Positions 45,432 through 55,469 of a DNA stretch of 64,000 bases are shown here, piece after piece (positions within the stretch are counted from its first letter, which is position 1; the number at the start of each line of letters is the position of its first letter). The DNA lies in the NCBI GenBank assembly GCA_049510745.1, contig JBEKYR010000003.1, positions 1 through 64,000 on the forward strand, in the 5' to 3' direction. The DNA is from Verrucomicrobiota bacterium. Its GTDB lineage: Bacteria; Verrucomicrobiota; Verrucomicrobiia; Limisphaerales; Palsa-1400. The notes under the pieces were generated by a model. That model was not told the origin of the DNA and did not search any database. It saw nothing but the letters and a program-made list of their open reading frames with translations. The position numbers and the translations under genes were made by a program.

Positions 45432-46214
45432 GTGGAAATGGAAACACCGTTGGACTTCCGCTTTGAACTCCCGCGGCCGCCCGGCGGACCGCTGCTGGAG
45501 GTTTCATCGCTGGAAATGGAGAAGTTCCTGCTCAAACGGCTCGACGAGGCCGAGACGGACCCGACCCAGGCCCTCTGGCAATTGGCCCAGTTTTACAAGC
45601 AAACCCGCCAGCCGGACAAGGCGCTGGCGCGCCTCCAGCAGTTGATCGAGTGGCTGCCCGCGCCCGAAGAGCGGGCCAGGTGCTTCCTGAGCATGGGCCA
45701 GGCCATGGAACTGGCGCGCGATTTCCCGGCCGCCGCCGGCTATTACACCAGAGCTTTGGCGCTGGAGCCGATGCACACCTCGACCTGGTATTTTATCAAT
45801 AACAACCTCGGCTTCTGCCTCATTGCGCTGGACCGCTTTGCCGAGGCGGAGAATTACTGCCGCAAGGCGATCGAAACCGATCCCAACCGCCCCAACGCCT
45901 ACAAAAACCTCGGCGCCGCCCTCTCCGGCCAGGGCCAATACCGCGACGCCGCGCAATGTTTTATCGCCGCCACCCAGCTCAACGCCGCCGATGACCGCGC
46001 GTATCTTCTCCTGCGCGAGTTGTTGCGGGAACATCCCGAACTGGAATTCGAGTTCGAAACCGCCGCCGCCTGCTGCCAAAAAGCCGTCGAGGCCGCCGCC
46101 CGCAAGATCGAGCAGATGAAGCCGGCTGTGCTGCGGGGCTGGAGAAAACACCTCATCCTCTTTCGCGCAAGAGTCCGGGCGCTGATTCGGCGTTTATGGA
46201 CCGGCTCCCTGTAA
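45432..46214 (+). CDS. Tetratricopeptide repeat protein
   Basis: TPR patterns NNLGFCL...AENYCRKAIETDPNRPNAYKNLG. No signal peptide. Confidence 0.85.
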   Translation: MEMETPLDFRFELPRPPGGPLLEVSSLEMEKFLLKRLDEAETDPTQALWQLAQFYKQTRQPDKALARLQQLIEWLPAPEERARCFLSMGQAMELARDFPAAAGYYTRALALEPMHTSTWYFINNNLGFCLIALDRFAEAENYCRKAIETDPNRPNAYKNLGAALSGQGQYRDAAQCFIAATQLNAADDRAYLLLRELLREHPELEFEFETAAACCQKAVEAAARKIEQMKPAVLRGWRKHLILFRARVRALIRRLWTGSL

Positions 46215-47620
46215 GGCCGCCGCCGGCGCCGGCCTGGCCCGCTTTCCTCCGTCAAATCGAATCGGCCATTCTGGCCCGCAACCTTCTGCGCCACGGCCGG
46301 AAAATCCTTGTCGCCGTTTCCGGCGGATTGGATTCGATGTTGCTCCTTCATGGCTTGCGCGACCTGGCCCAAACTCATCGCTGGCAATTGACCGTCGCCC
46401 ATTTCAACCACCAATTGCGCGGAGCCGCCGGCAAGGCCGATGAACGCCTGGTGCGCCAAACCGCCCGCGCCCTTAAACTGCCCGTCGTCGTCGGCCGCGG
46501 CAATGTCCGCCAAGCCGCCCGCCGGGCCGGCATTTCCCTCGAAATGGCCGGACGCGCCTTGCGGCATGAGTTTCTGGCGCGCGCCGCCCGCCGCCGGCGC
46601 ATTCCGGTCGTGGCCCTGGCCCATCACGCCGATGACCAGGTGGAATTGTTTTTTTTGCGGCTCCTGCGCGGAACCGGCGCCCAGGGACTGGCCGGCATGA
46701 AATGGAGCAACCCCTCCCCGAGCGATCCTACGATTCTTCTGGTCCGCCCGCTCCTCAACCAATCCAAGGCCGCCCTGGCCGGGGCCGCGCGGGCCGCCGG
46801 CGTCCCCTTCTCCGAAGACGCGACCAATTCCTCCCTCGAAATCGAGCGCAACCGGGTCCGGCATGAATTGATTCCGCTGTTGCGCAAAAAATATCAGTCC
46901 GCCCTGACGGAAACGGTGCCGCGCCTGATGGAACTGGCGGGCGCCGAGGCGGAGGTCGTGACGGCCGCGGCGGAGACTTGGTGGCGCGCCCGCCGGCGGG
47001 TTGAGTTTGGACGCCTGGCGATCGCCGTGCAGCGCCGGGTCATCCAACTGCAATTATTTCAACTGGGTCACGCGCCTGATTTTGACCTCGTGGAACGGTT
47101 GCGCGCCGCGCCCGGCGAGCCGTTTGCCGTCAATCCCGGGCAAACGATTTCCCGCGACGCCCGCGGTTTGCTTCACTTGCGGAAAATCCAGGCCCCGAAG
47201 TTCGATCCTGCCCGGCGGCGGGTGCTTTTGCGGGGCGGCAAAGGGCGGGCGAGCTTCGATGGTTTGACCCTCTGCTGGAACATCGACCGGGCCGCCGGGG
47301 CGAGTTTCAGCCGGGAGCCAAACGTGGAATACTTTGATGCCGACAAGGTTGGCAGGACGATTTGGCTGCGGCATTGGCAGCCCGGCGACCGTTTCCAGCC
47401 GATTGGGTGCGAATCAGCCCGGAAACTCCAGAATCTGTTCGTCAACATGAAAGTCCCTCGCGCCCAGCGGCGGCGCCGGATCGTGGCGGCGGCCAGCCGC
47501 GGCGAAATCTTCTGGGTCGAGGGCCTGCGCATGGCGGAGCGCTTCAAGCTGGAGCCAGCCACCCTCCGCCGCCTGAAGTGGCAATGGCGGCGCGAATCTC
47601 CCTCGCCGCCATCAGATTGA
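46196..47620 (+). CDS. tilS: tRNA(Ile)-lysidine synthase
   Basis: PP-loop VAVSGGLDS, AHFNHQLR, LAHHADDQVE, RPLL, RNRVRH and a C-terminal TilS domain. The start is uncertain. Confidence 0.95.
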   Translation: MDRLPVRPPPAPAWPAFLRQIESAILARNLLRHGRKILVAVSGGLDSMLLLHGLRDLAQTHRWQLTVAHFNHQLRGAAGKADERLVRQTARALKLPVVVGRGNVRQAARRAGISLEMAGRALRHEFLARAARRRRIPVVALAHHADDQVELFFLRLLRGTGAQGLAGMKWSNPSPSDPTILLVRPLLNQSKAALAGAARAAGVPFSEDATNSSLEIERNRVRHELIPLLRKKYQSALTETVPRLMELAGAEAEVVTAAAETWWRARRRVEFGRLAIAVQRRVIQLQLFQLGHAPDFDLVERLRAAPGEPFAVNPGQTISRDARGLLHLRKIQAPKFDPARRRVLLRGGKGRASFDGLTLCWNIDRAAGASFSREPNVEYFDADKVGRTIWLRHWQPGDRFQPIGCESARKLQNLFVNMKVPRAQRRRRIVAAASRGEIFWVEGLRMAERFKLEPATLRRLKWQWRRESPSPPSD

Positions 47621-47753
47621 TTCACTCACTCGCTGACCCGGTTCAACGGGCGCGCGGAATCAAAGGTCTCCAAGGCGCATCGAAGCAGGACAAAGTTATG
47701 TGGCATGAGTTTCAAGGAAATCTTTCAACGCCCGGCGCGGAGAGCGAACAATT

Positions 47754-48040
47754 TTTTTCTTCGCTATCACCGCGAAGAAATCTGCTGGAGTTGAAGCCCA
47801 GCGCCATCGGCGCGACATCTTTGTAGAAAACCAATCTCAAAAGAAAACCCAGCCCCGTCGGGGCGGCATATTCCGGAAATCACTCCTGACCAGAGACAAT
47901 GCCGGACATGATTTTTCTTCGCTATCACCGCGAAGAAATCTCCCGGAGTTGAAGCCCAGCGCCATCGGCGCGACATCTTTGTAGAAAACCAATCTCAAAA
48001 GAAAACCCAGCCCCGTCGGGGCGGCATATTCCGGAAATCA
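47754..48040. repeat. Direct repeat of 129 bp (47754-47882 and 47912-48040; 2 mismatches) carrying REP-like palindromes
   Basis: Both copies read ttcttcgctatcaccgcgaagaaa...cagcgccatcggcgcgacatctttgtagaa...agccccgtcggggcggcatattccggaaatca, offset 158 bp. Confidence 0.92.
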
Positions 48041-48584
48041 TTCCTTGTTGGTTTTGAAAATGTATTGTGGGTCGTATTCCACGCCGAATTTCTCCAGCAG
48101 CGCAACGTATTCCTCGCGGAATGATTTCCTGGCATGATGTTTTTGCTGGTTCTCAATGTAACGGATAACCGTGCCCAGTTGTGAGCGCGAATAGGAAAAC
48201 GCACCGAACCCTTCCTGCCACGAAAATCTTCCCATCATCCAACGCTTCTCGTTGATGAATTTTGAAGAACCCGCTTTCACATCGCGCACCAAATCTGAAA
48301 GCGCCATGTCCGGCTTCATGCCGACGACCAAGTGCAAGTGATCCGGCATATTGTTGATGGCAATCAATTTTTGTTTCTGACCAGAGACAATGCCGGTGAT
48401 GTATTTTTGAAGTTCGTCGTTGTGTTCTGGTTTGATGAGGTTTTGCCGACCTTCGACGGCGAACACGACATGGAGATAGATTTGCGTGTAGGTATTGGCC
48501 ATAAGCCGAAGATGCCGCTCCTGACGGAGCTTGAAAATCCTTTTCTTGTTTTGGTTCTACAAAGATGTCGCGCCAATGGCGCTG
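47957..48584. mobile_element. IS200/IS605-type Y1 transposase locus flanked by inverted REP-like arrays (REPtron-like)
   Basis: 47957-48030 is an imperfect inverted repeat of 48509-48584, sharing CAGCGCCATYGGCGCGACATCTTTGTAGAA and AGCYCCGTCRGGRGCGGCAT-like units. Confidence 0.8.
48038..48502 (-). CDS. tnpA: IS200/IS605 family transposase TnpA (Y1, HUH)
   Basis: YLHVVFAV, HUH motif PDHLHL, FSWQEGFGAFS, catalytic Tyr in YIENQ. No tnpB alongside. More AT-rich than its neighbours. Confidence 0.93.
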   Translation of the reverse strand: MANTYTQIYLHVVFAVEGRQNLIKPEHNDELQKYITGIVSGQKQKLIAINNMPDHLHLVVGMKPDMALSDLVRDVKAGSSKFINEKRWMMGRFSWQEGFGAFSYSRSQLGTVIRYIENQQKHHARKSFREEYVALLEKFGVEYDPQYIFKTNKE

Positions 48585-48596
48585 CCAGCGACAAGC

Positions 48597-48755
48597 TCAA
48601 TTCCACAGGTGATCGGTGAGTGTGTATTTGTCCGGCACATCGGGGTCGAGGATGCTGGCAAGTTTCGGCCCTTCGGCGGGAAATTCCGGGAACGCGAACG
48701 CGCGCCCCGGCTTGAATCCGACAAGGAAGATGCGTTGACGGTGGTGCGGCACGAC
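48597..48755 (-). pseudogene. Internal fragment of a Dcm-like DNA (cytosine-5) methyltransferase
   Basis: VVPHHRQRIFLVGF (motif VIII, PQxRxR) followed by LASILDPDVPDKYTLTDHLWN*, resembling the Dcm variable region. Motifs I-VI and IX-X are absent. Confidence 0.7.
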
Positions 48756-48890
48756 AGAAATCTGAAATCTGAGATCGCCTCCCGCGCCGGCCCCGCCAAA
48801 AACCGGGACATGCCCCGCCGGAGCCGCCAAAATGTTGGGGGTTGCGGGCCGGGCCGCTTCGTATTATAGTGCGGCACAATTATTTGACGA

Positions 48891-50942
48891 ATGCCCGAGC
48901 CAAACAGAGCCAACGAACCGGATAAAAACGACAAACGCAATAACGAACTGCGCCTGCCCCCGCGCACCATCCTGCTTTGGATCGGCATCGTCGCCGTCGT
49001 CAGCGTCCTGGCCCTGGTCCGCAACGGCTCGGAAACGCCCGTCGAGGATATGGGGTCGTTCGCGGACTTGACGGGCAAGCTGACCAACAACCTGATCGTG
49101 CCCGGCAGCGGCCGCATCGTTTACGGCCTGCAATCGCCCGACATCAAGCGCATCACCGGCCGCTATTACAAAACCGACGATCACGGCAAAATCCTGGGCG
49201 CCGAGGGCAAAAAAGTCGAGGTCCCCTTCAAGCTCGAAACCCCGCTGACGGAGAAAAAGACCGACCTGCTGATCGACACGGGGGAATTCAAGGCCGTCAA
49301 TAACAGCAACCTGATGTTGAGCGTGTTCTTGAACACGTTCCTGCCCTTTCTCCTCATCCTGGGCGCCGTTTACTTTTTCATTTTCCGCCAAATCAAAATG
49401 GCGGGCAAAGGGGCGATGAGTTTTGGCAAAAGCCGCGCCCGCATGTTGAACAAGGAGAAAAACAAGATCACCTTCAAGGACGTCGCCGGCGTCGAGGAGG
49501 CCAAGGAGGAGGTTTCCGAGCTGGTCGAGTTCCTCAAAGACCCCAAGAAATTCCAAAAGCTGGGCGGCCGCATCCCCAAGGGCATCCTGATGGTCGGCGC
49601 GCCGGGCACCGGCAAGACCCTCCTGGCCAAGGCCATTGCCGGCGAGGCCGACGCCTCCTTCTTCAGCATCAGCGGCTCGGATTTTGTCGAGATGTTTGTC
49701 GGCGTCGGCGCCAGCCGCGTGCGCGACATGTTCGAACAGGCGCGCAAAAACGTCCCCTGTTTGATTTTCATCGACGAAATTGACGCCGTCGGGCGCAGCC
49801 GCGGCCACGGCTGGGGCGGCGGCAACGACGAACGCGAACAAACCTTGAACGCCCTGCTCGTGGAAATGGACGGCTTCGACACCCAGGACGGCATCATCAT
49901 CATCGCCGCCACCAACCGGCCCGATGTGCTCGACCCGGCGTTGCTGCGGCCGGGGCGTTTCGACCGGCAAATCATGGTCAGCCTGCCGGACGTGCGCGGG
50001 CGCGAAGCCATTCTGAAGGTCCACGCCCGCAACGTGAAGCTCGACCCGTCGGTCAACCTGGGCGTGATTGCCCGCGGCACACCCGGTTATTCCGGCGCCG
50101 ATCTGGCCAACCTCTTGAACGAAGCCGCCTTGCTGGCCGCGCGCCTGAGCAAAAAATCCATCGGCATGGCCGAGTTGGAGGAGGCCCGCATCAAAGTCCG
50201 CATGGGCCGCGAGCGCCGCAGCATGGCCATGTCCGAAGAAAACAAGAAATGCACCGCATGGCATGAAGCCGGCCACGCCCTGGTCAACGTCTGTCTCGAA
50301 CACACCCATCCCCTGCACAAAGTCACCATCATCCCCCGCGGCCAGACCCTCGGCTCGACCATGTCCCTGCCCCTGGAGGACGTCCTCAATCATCGCCGCA
50401 AAGAAATGCTCGACCTCATCGCCGTCATGATGGCGGGCCGCATCGCCGAAGAAATCATTTCCGGCGATATTTCCAGCGGCGCGGCGGGCGACATCCAGCA
50501 GGCCACCTCCATCGCCCGGGCCATGGTCTGCCAGTGGGGCATGAGCGACATCCTCGGCATGGTGCAATACGGCAACGACCAGGACCAGCTCTTCCTGGGC
50601 CGCGACATGGTGCAACGCAAGGATTACAGCGAATTCACCGCCCAGGAGATCGACACCGAGGTCAAGCGCATCATCAACGAAGCCTACGACCGCTCCAAGG
50701 CCCTCATCGACACCCATCGCGACAAATTGGAAATCATCGCCAACGCCTTGCTCGAATACGAAACGCTCGACGGCGTGCAAGTCAGTGAAATCGTCAAGAC
50801 CGGCGCTTTCACCCCGCCGCCGCCCGCCCCGAAAGTCGAGCCTCCCTCCGGCGCGGTCGCGGCCACGCCGCTGCCCGAAGTGCCCAAACCCCTTCCGCCA
50901 AAACTGCCCGGCTTCGGCTCGCCGTCGCCGGCGCCTGTTTAA
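48891..50942 (+). CDS. ftsH: ATP-dependent zinc metalloprotease FtsH
   Basis: Two TM helices, [28 protein letters not shown] and HEAGH. Confidence 0.97.
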   Translation: MPEPNRANEPDKNDKRNNELRLPPRTILLWIGIVAVVSVLALVRNGSETPVEDMGSFADLTGKLTNNLIVPGSGRIVYGLQSPDIKRITGRYYKTDDHGKILGAEGKKVEVPFKLETPLTEKKTDLLIDTGEFKAVNNSNLMLSVFLNTFLPFLLILGAVYFFIFRQIKMAGKGAMSFGKSRARMLNKEKNKITFKDVAGVEEAKEEVSELVEFLKDPKKFQKLGGRIPKGILMVGAPGTGKTLLAKAIAGEADASFFSISGSDFVEMFVGVGASRVRDMFEQARKNVPCLIFIDEIDAVGRSRGHGWGGGNDEREQTLNALLVEMDGFDTQDGIIIIAATNRPDVLDPALLRPGRFDRQIMVSLPDVRGREAILKVHARNVKLDPSVNLGVIARGTPGYSGADLANLLNEAALLAARLSKKSIGMAELEEARIKVRMGRERRSMAMSEENKKCTAWHEAGHALVNVCLEHTHPLHKVTIIPRGQTLGSTMSLPLEDVLNHRRKEMLDLIAVMMAGRIAEEIISGDISSGAAGDIQQATSIARAMVCQWGMSDILGMVQYGNDQDQLFLGRDMVQRKDYSEFTAQEIDTEVKRIINEAYDRSKALIDTHRDKLEIIANALLEYETLDGVQVSEIVKTGAFTPPPPAPKVEPPSGAVAATPLPEVPKPLPPKLPGFGSPSPAPV

Positions 50943-50965
50943 ATTTTTGCACGATAAATGATCGC

Positions 50966-50994
50966 TTGAATTCAATGCCGCCCGGGCATATTCT
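50966..50994 (+). promoter_or_regulatory. Sigma70 promoter of the toxin-antitoxin pair (leaderless geometry)
   Basis: TTGAAT-17-TATTCT with the GTG start 6 nt downstream. The palindrome TTGAATTCAA overlaps the -35. Confidence 0.65.
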
Positions 50995-51000
50995 TTCCGG

Positions 51001-51189
51001 GTGAGTTTGGCTGAATTAAAGGACACTGTAATCGCGCTGCCGGAAAGGGAGCGCCACGATTTTGTGGTGTGGGTTAATCGCTTGGAACAGAATTACGGCG
51101 ATGTGTCGGCCGAAGCGCTGGCCCAACTGGCCGCCGAAATTTGGGACGAAGACGACCGCCATGCCCCTCCCGTCCATCCAGCGCGGTGA
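51001..51189 (+). CDS. Putative antitoxin (62 aa, acidic)
   Basis: Small acidic ORF (MSLAELKDTVIALPERER...EIWDEDD) overlapping the downstream toxin start. Confidence 0.65.
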   Translation: MSLAELKDTVIALPERERHDFVVWVNRLEQNYGDVSAEALAQLAAEIWDEDDRHAPPVHPAR

Positions 51190-51502
51190 ACTCTGGCTTG
51201 TGGATCTGGGTTACTTGGGCAAGGTCCGCCCCGTTGCGGTAGTCAGCATCCCATTTCTCGACTACGAACGCACGCTCTGCATTGTCGTTCCTCACACCAC
51301 TTCGGTCCTCGGCACTCGCTTTGAGATTTCCCTCATCCATCCGGCCTTGGCAGCGGGTGTGTTTGACGTCCAACAAACCGCGGCGGTTCCTGCCATCAAA
51401 TTTGTCAGGCGTTTGGGAAGATTGGACGCGGGCCAGATGCAGGCTCTCGAAGCGCCGCTGGCTCAAATACTCGGCCTAAAACTTGCAATCACTTCGCGTT
51501 GA
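51161..51502 (+). CDS. PemK/MazF family toxin
   Basis: RGELWLVDLG...KVRPVAVVS, VVPHTT, and DVQQ...RRLGRL. Confidence 0.88.
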   Translation: MPLPSIQRGELWLVDLGYLGKVRPVAVVSIPFLDYERTLCIVVPHTTSVLGTRFEISLIHPALAAGVFDVQQTAAVPAIKFVRRLGRLDAGQMQALEAPLAQILGLKLAITSR

Positions 51503-51626
51503 GTCGAGAGAAAAACGCCCCGGACACGATTGCGGCCAGATGAGGACGACGAGCAACGCCAGAGAGGGCCGGCGGGCGGAAATGGCGGGGTTGCCGCGAG
51601 CGCATCGGAGCGATAGGATTGGCGGC

Positions 51627-52205
51627 ATGGAAAACGATGGAACACGCATTGCCCGCATCCTGGTTTTATACTTCAGCCGGGACGGGCACACGAAGATGAT
51701 GGCGGAGCTGGTCGCCGAAGGCGCCGGCAGCGTTCCGATGACCGAGCTGCGGCTCAAGACGGTCGCGCAGGCTGCCGCCGAGGACTTGATTTGGTGCGAC
51801 GGCATCGCCGCCGGATCGCCCACGCACATGGGGACGATCCCGTGGGAGATGAAGCAATGGTGGGATGTGACCGCACAACCGCTCTGGCCCAAGGTGGACG
51901 GAAAGATCGGGTGTGCGTTCACCTCCTCCGGCGGACTTGCCGGCGGAGGCGAACTGACCTGTCTGGCATTGCAAATTGTGATGATGAATTACGGGATGCT
52001 GGTCTTTGGCGTTCCGGATTATGTCGCGCCGGGACAAACGCTCCATTATGGAGCGATTTGCGCCGGAAGGCCCCGCAACGAAGGCGACCGCGAAGCCTGC
52101 CGCCGCCTCGGACGACGACTTTGCGAATGGGTCCAGACGCTGATTTGCCATCGCCCCGAGTATTCACCATTAAAGACGAGCTATCCGAGATTTCCGCCGG
52201 AGTGA
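51627..52205 (+). CDS. Flavodoxin / WrbA-like NAD(P)H:quinone oxidoreductase
   Basis: VLYFSRDGHTKMMAELVAEG, GSPTHMG and GKIGCAFTSSGG. Confidence 0.88.
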   Translation: MENDGTRIARILVLYFSRDGHTKMMAELVAEGAGSVPMTELRLKTVAQAAAEDLIWCDGIAAGSPTHMGTIPWEMKQWWDVTAQPLWPKVDGKIGCAFTSSGGLAGGGELTCLALQIVMMNYGMLVFGVPDYVAPGQTLHYGAICAGRPRNEGDREACRRLGRRLCEWVQTLICHRPEYSPLKTSYPRFPPE

Positions 52206-52386
52206 GATCCTACTCTGAGAAAGCTGACCGCCACTTCGCCCTCCTCAACGGCCGCAAAGTCAGGGTCGTCGGCGCCCAAAAAGGCCGTCATCGGTCTCAT
52301 CGATGCTCTCATGCCCTTCTTGGCTATTGCATCCACGCCCGGCTTGCGCGACTCTACACCGCGAGCGCGCTTGAGCGCGCTCGACT

Positions 52387-53091
52387 ATGACTGAGGCTGC
52401 CGCCCCGCAAATCGTTATGGCTCCGTCCCTGCTGGCCGCGAATTTCGCGCGCCTGGGCGCCGAGGTTGCGCGCCTCAACCGCTCCGGGGCCGACTGGCTG
52501 CACCTCGACATCATGGACGGCCATTTCGTTCCCAACATTTCCTTCGGCCCCGCCGTGGTCGAGACCCTTCGGCCGTTGAGCCGGCTGACCTTTGACGTGC
52601 ATTTGATGTGCGCGCGCCCGGAAATCCTCCTCGAACCGTTTGCTAAAGCCGGCGCCGACCGCCTGACCATTCACGTCGAACTCGACGGCCAGGTCGTCCC
52701 CCTGATTTGGAAAATCCGTTCCCTGGGCAAGCAGGTCGGATTAGCCCTCAACCCGCCCACCGCCATGGCCAGCGTCGAGCCGCACCTGGAGCGGATTGAT
52801 TCGCTTCTGGTCATGAGCGTCAATCCCGGTTTTGGCGGCCAGGAATTCATCACCGAATGTTTGACAAAAATCCAGCAGGCGGCGGCCTGGCGGGAAAAAC
52901 TCGGCTTGAACTATCGCATTGCCGTCGATGGCGGCCTGGATGGCGCGACGGCCGCCAGTTGCGCGGCCGCCGGCGCCGACACCTTCATCAGCGGCACCGC
53001 CCTCTTCGGGCAAAAAAACCTCAAAGCCGCCGTGGCCCGGATGCGCAAGCTCACTTGCGCCGCGCGCCCGGACTTAAACAAGCCGGCTTAA
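52387..53091 (+). CDS. rpe: Ribulose-phosphate 3-epimerase
   Basis: APSLLAA, HLDIMDGHFVPNISFG, DVHLM, MSVNPGFGGQ and VDGG. Confidence 0.96.
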   Translation: MTEAAAPQIVMAPSLLAANFARLGAEVARLNRSGADWLHLDIMDGHFVPNISFGPAVVETLRPLSRLTFDVHLMCARPEILLEPFAKAGADRLTIHVELDGQVVPLIWKIRSLGKQVGLALNPPTAMASVEPHLERIDSLLVMSVNPGFGGQEFITECLTKIQQAAAWREKLGLNYRIAVDGGLDGATAASCAAAGADTFISGTALFGQKNLKAAVARMRKLTCAARPDLNKPA

Positions 53092-53108
53092 CAGGCTGGT
53101 TTCAGGCG

Positions 53109-54167
53109 TTACGCTGTCGTCATCAAAAAGGGGAGGCGGACTGTGACCGTGGTGGACTTTCCCGGCGCGGAAGCAATTTCAATGGAGCCGCCATGCGCCG
53201 TCACGATCCACTGCGCGATGCTCAGCCCCAGGCCGCACCCTTCCACCGCGCTGCTGTGCGCCGGATCACCCCGGAAAAACCGGTCGAAGACCCGCGGCAG
53301 GATGTCCGGCGCGATCCCCGGACCGCTGTTCGCCACGGTCAATTCCGCCGTTTCACCCGCCCGCCGCAACGCCAGCCTCACCCACCCTTGCGGCTGGTTA
53401 TACTTGATGGCATTGTCAAGAATATTCAATAGAAGCTGCCGCAGACGATGGGCGTTGCCCGCCACCGTCACGGCTGGCAATTCGCCGCATTCCACCCGCA
53501 GCCCCAGCGTCTCGGCCAGAATCTGCGCGTCCGCGAAACTGTCGCGCGCCAGGTCGTCCAGGCGCACCGGGGCCAGCTCCAGCGGCACCAGCCCGGCGTC
53601 CGCCTTGGTCAACAGCGTCAGCCCATCGACGATGCGCGAGAGGCGGCGCAATTCGTCCAGGCGGCTGGCGGCCCTCTCCCGTTGCGCGGGGGACAGCGAC
53701 TCGTCCCGCAGTTCGGTCTCCGTTTCGCCGCGCAGAATGGTCAGGGGAGTCTTGAGCTCGTGCGAAGCGTGCAAGGTGAACTCGCGAACGCGCGCAAACG
53801 AGCCGTCCAGCCGCGCCGTCATGCCATTGAGAACTTCCGCCAGCCGGTCCAGCTCGTCGCCGTTGCCGGTGCGGGGCAGCGGCTGGCTGAGATTGAATTC
53901 GTTGATCCGTTCGGCGGCGCGGCTCAACGCCGTGACGGGGGCCAGCGCCTTGCGCATCAGCCACCAACCGCCGCCAATGCTCAACAAGACGGCCGGGACG
54001 CCGATCCAGAAGGTAATCTCGATGATTTCCTCCATGCCCCGTTCCGCAGCGCGCGGCCTCCGTTCGTGCCGTTCGTGCAATTCCGCCAGAGACAAAACGG
54101 CGATGAGCACCAGCGAGCACAACAACAGGGCCGCGTTGCACCAGGTCACTCGCGCGCGAATCGTCAC
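53109..54167 (-). CDS. Sensor histidine kinase with HAMP domain and very short periplasmic loop (CusS-like)
   Basis: Two TM helices, HAMP (GDELDRLA), HASHELKTPL, NILDNAIKY, FDRFFRGD and GLGLSI. Confidence 0.92.
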   Translation of the reverse strand: MTIRARVTWCNAALLLCSLVLIAVLSLAELHERHERRPRAAERGMEEIIEITFWIGVPAVLLSIGGGWWLMRKALAPVTALSRAAERINEFNLSQPLPRTGNGDELDRLAEVLNGMTARLDGSFARVREFTLHASHELKTPLTILRGETETELRDESLSPAQRERAASRLDELRRLSRIVDGLTLLTKADAGLVPLELAPVRLDDLARDSFADAQILAETLGLRVECGELPAVTVAGNAHRLRQLLLNILDNAIKYNQPQGWVRLALRRAGETAELTVANSGPGIAPDILPRVFDRFFRGDPAHSSAVEGCGLGLSIAQWIVTAHGGSIEIASAPGKSTTVTVRLPFLMTTA

Positions 54168-54838
54168 GGCATCTCCTTCATCACGTAGCCGGAGCCGCGC
54201 ACGGTGTGGAGCAATTTCGGCCCCAGCCCGGCGTCGATCTTTTCCCGCAGCCGCCGCACGTAAACGTCCACCAGGTTGGTGCCGGGATCAAAGTCGTAGT
54301 CCCAGACCTTTTCCAGGATCATCATTCGTCCGCAGAGCCTGCCGCCGGAGCGCATGAGGAATTCCAGCAGCCGGTACTCGCGCGTCGTCAGGGTGATGGC
54401 CTGGCCGCCGCGTTGCGCCTGCCGCGTCAGCGTGTCCAGCAATAGATCGCCCACGCGCAACATGGTGGATTTGTTCTCGCCCCCGCGCCGGGTCAAGGCG
54501 CGCACGCGGGCGATCAGTTCGGCCAGTTCAAACGGCTTGGGCAGGTAGTCGTCCGCCCCGGCGTCCAATCCTTCCACGCGCTCGTTGACTTCGCCGCGCG
54601 CGGACAACAGCAGCACCGGCGTCGCGTTTTTGCCTTTGCGCAACTGCCGCACCACGCTCAATCCGTCCCGTCCCGGCAGCATGATGTCCAGCACGATCAC
54701 ATCGAAGGGCGTGCTCTGCGCCAGGGCCAGCGCGTCGTCTCCGTTCCCGCACGTGTCCACCGCAAACCCTTCCGCCTGCAGCGCCTTGCGGATGAACGAC
54801 GCCGTCTTCCTTTCATCTTCGACCACCAGAATGCGCAT
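54164..54838 (-). CDS. OmpR-family response regulator (CusR/CopR-like)
   Basis: MRILVVEDE, LDIMLP, GADDYLPKPF, VWDYDFDPGTNLVDVYVRRLR and TVRGSGY. Confidence 0.95.
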   Translation of the reverse strand: MRILVVEDERKTASFIRKALQAEGFAVDTCGNGDDALALAQSTPFDVIVLDIMLPGRDGLSVVRQLRKGKNATPVLLLSARGEVNERVEGLDAGADDYLPKPFELAELIARVRALTRRGGENKSTMLRVGDLLLDTLTRQAQRGGQAITLTTREYRLLEFLMRSGGRLCGRMMILEKVWDYDFDPGTNLVDVYVRRLREKIDAGLGPKLLHTVRGSGYVMKEMP

Positions 54839-55036
54839 AACAAAGGCAGTTTAAACCAACGCCGGCGAAATCCCAATGATGATCTGGGTTGCTCTCCCTT
54901 CCGCGCCCGCCGCGCCGGAGGGCGCCGGCCATTTCGTCATCCCGTAAACAAGAATTTTAAGGCGACCCGCAACCAGCCGGGGCCGCCGCCGCCTCAAACC
55001 TGGCCGGGCCAGGGTGGCATCTGCCTGTCGTTTGGT

Positions 55037-55396
55037 CTAATCGTTGTCTTTCTTCTTCCCCTTGCCCGCGTCTTCGGCCCGTTCTTTATCCTGGTCCTTG
55101 GGCGTTTCCTTCGCCACGGAAACCACGGCGCCGGTGATGGCATCCACATTCACCTCCGTGATGTCCTTGGACCCCGGCGTGGCGATGTCGAACGACCAGA
55201 TCAATCTGCCCTTTTCCTTTTCCAATTCGCCTTCCTTGACGGTGCCGTTGGGGGCCTGGGCCAGGGCGGTGGCTTGGGCGTCGGCCTTGCTGACCTTGGC
55301 CTGCGCCGCAAGCCGGGCTTGTTCCTTTTGTTCGGATTCGCAGCCGGCGAGCACGACGGCGGCGAGGGTTAAAACCATTATGGTTCGCACTTTCAT
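55037..55396 (-). CDS. PepSY-domain lipoprotein
   Basis: Lipobox LAGC and ELEKEKGRLIWSFDI...EVNVDAITGAVV. Confidence 0.88.
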   Translation of the reverse strand: MKVRTIMVLTLAAVVLAGCESEQKEQARLAAQAKVSKADAQATALAQAPNGTVKEGELEKEKGRLIWSFDIATPGSKDITEVNVDAITGAVVSVAKETPKDQDKERAEDAGKGKKKDND

Positions 55397-55469
55397 TGTT
55401 TCTCCTTTTGTTGGTCAAGCATTCGGGCGCAATGCTACCCGTTCCGCATGAACCTCACATAAACCCAAC

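Noticed and set aside
45432..46214. TPR gene after pal as cpoB/ybgF
   Set aside because: It has no signal peptide or N-terminal coiled coil, so position alone is insufficient.
52206..52386. Possible small gene between the flavodoxin and rpe
   Set aside because: No convincing start, motif or recognisable similarity in any frame.
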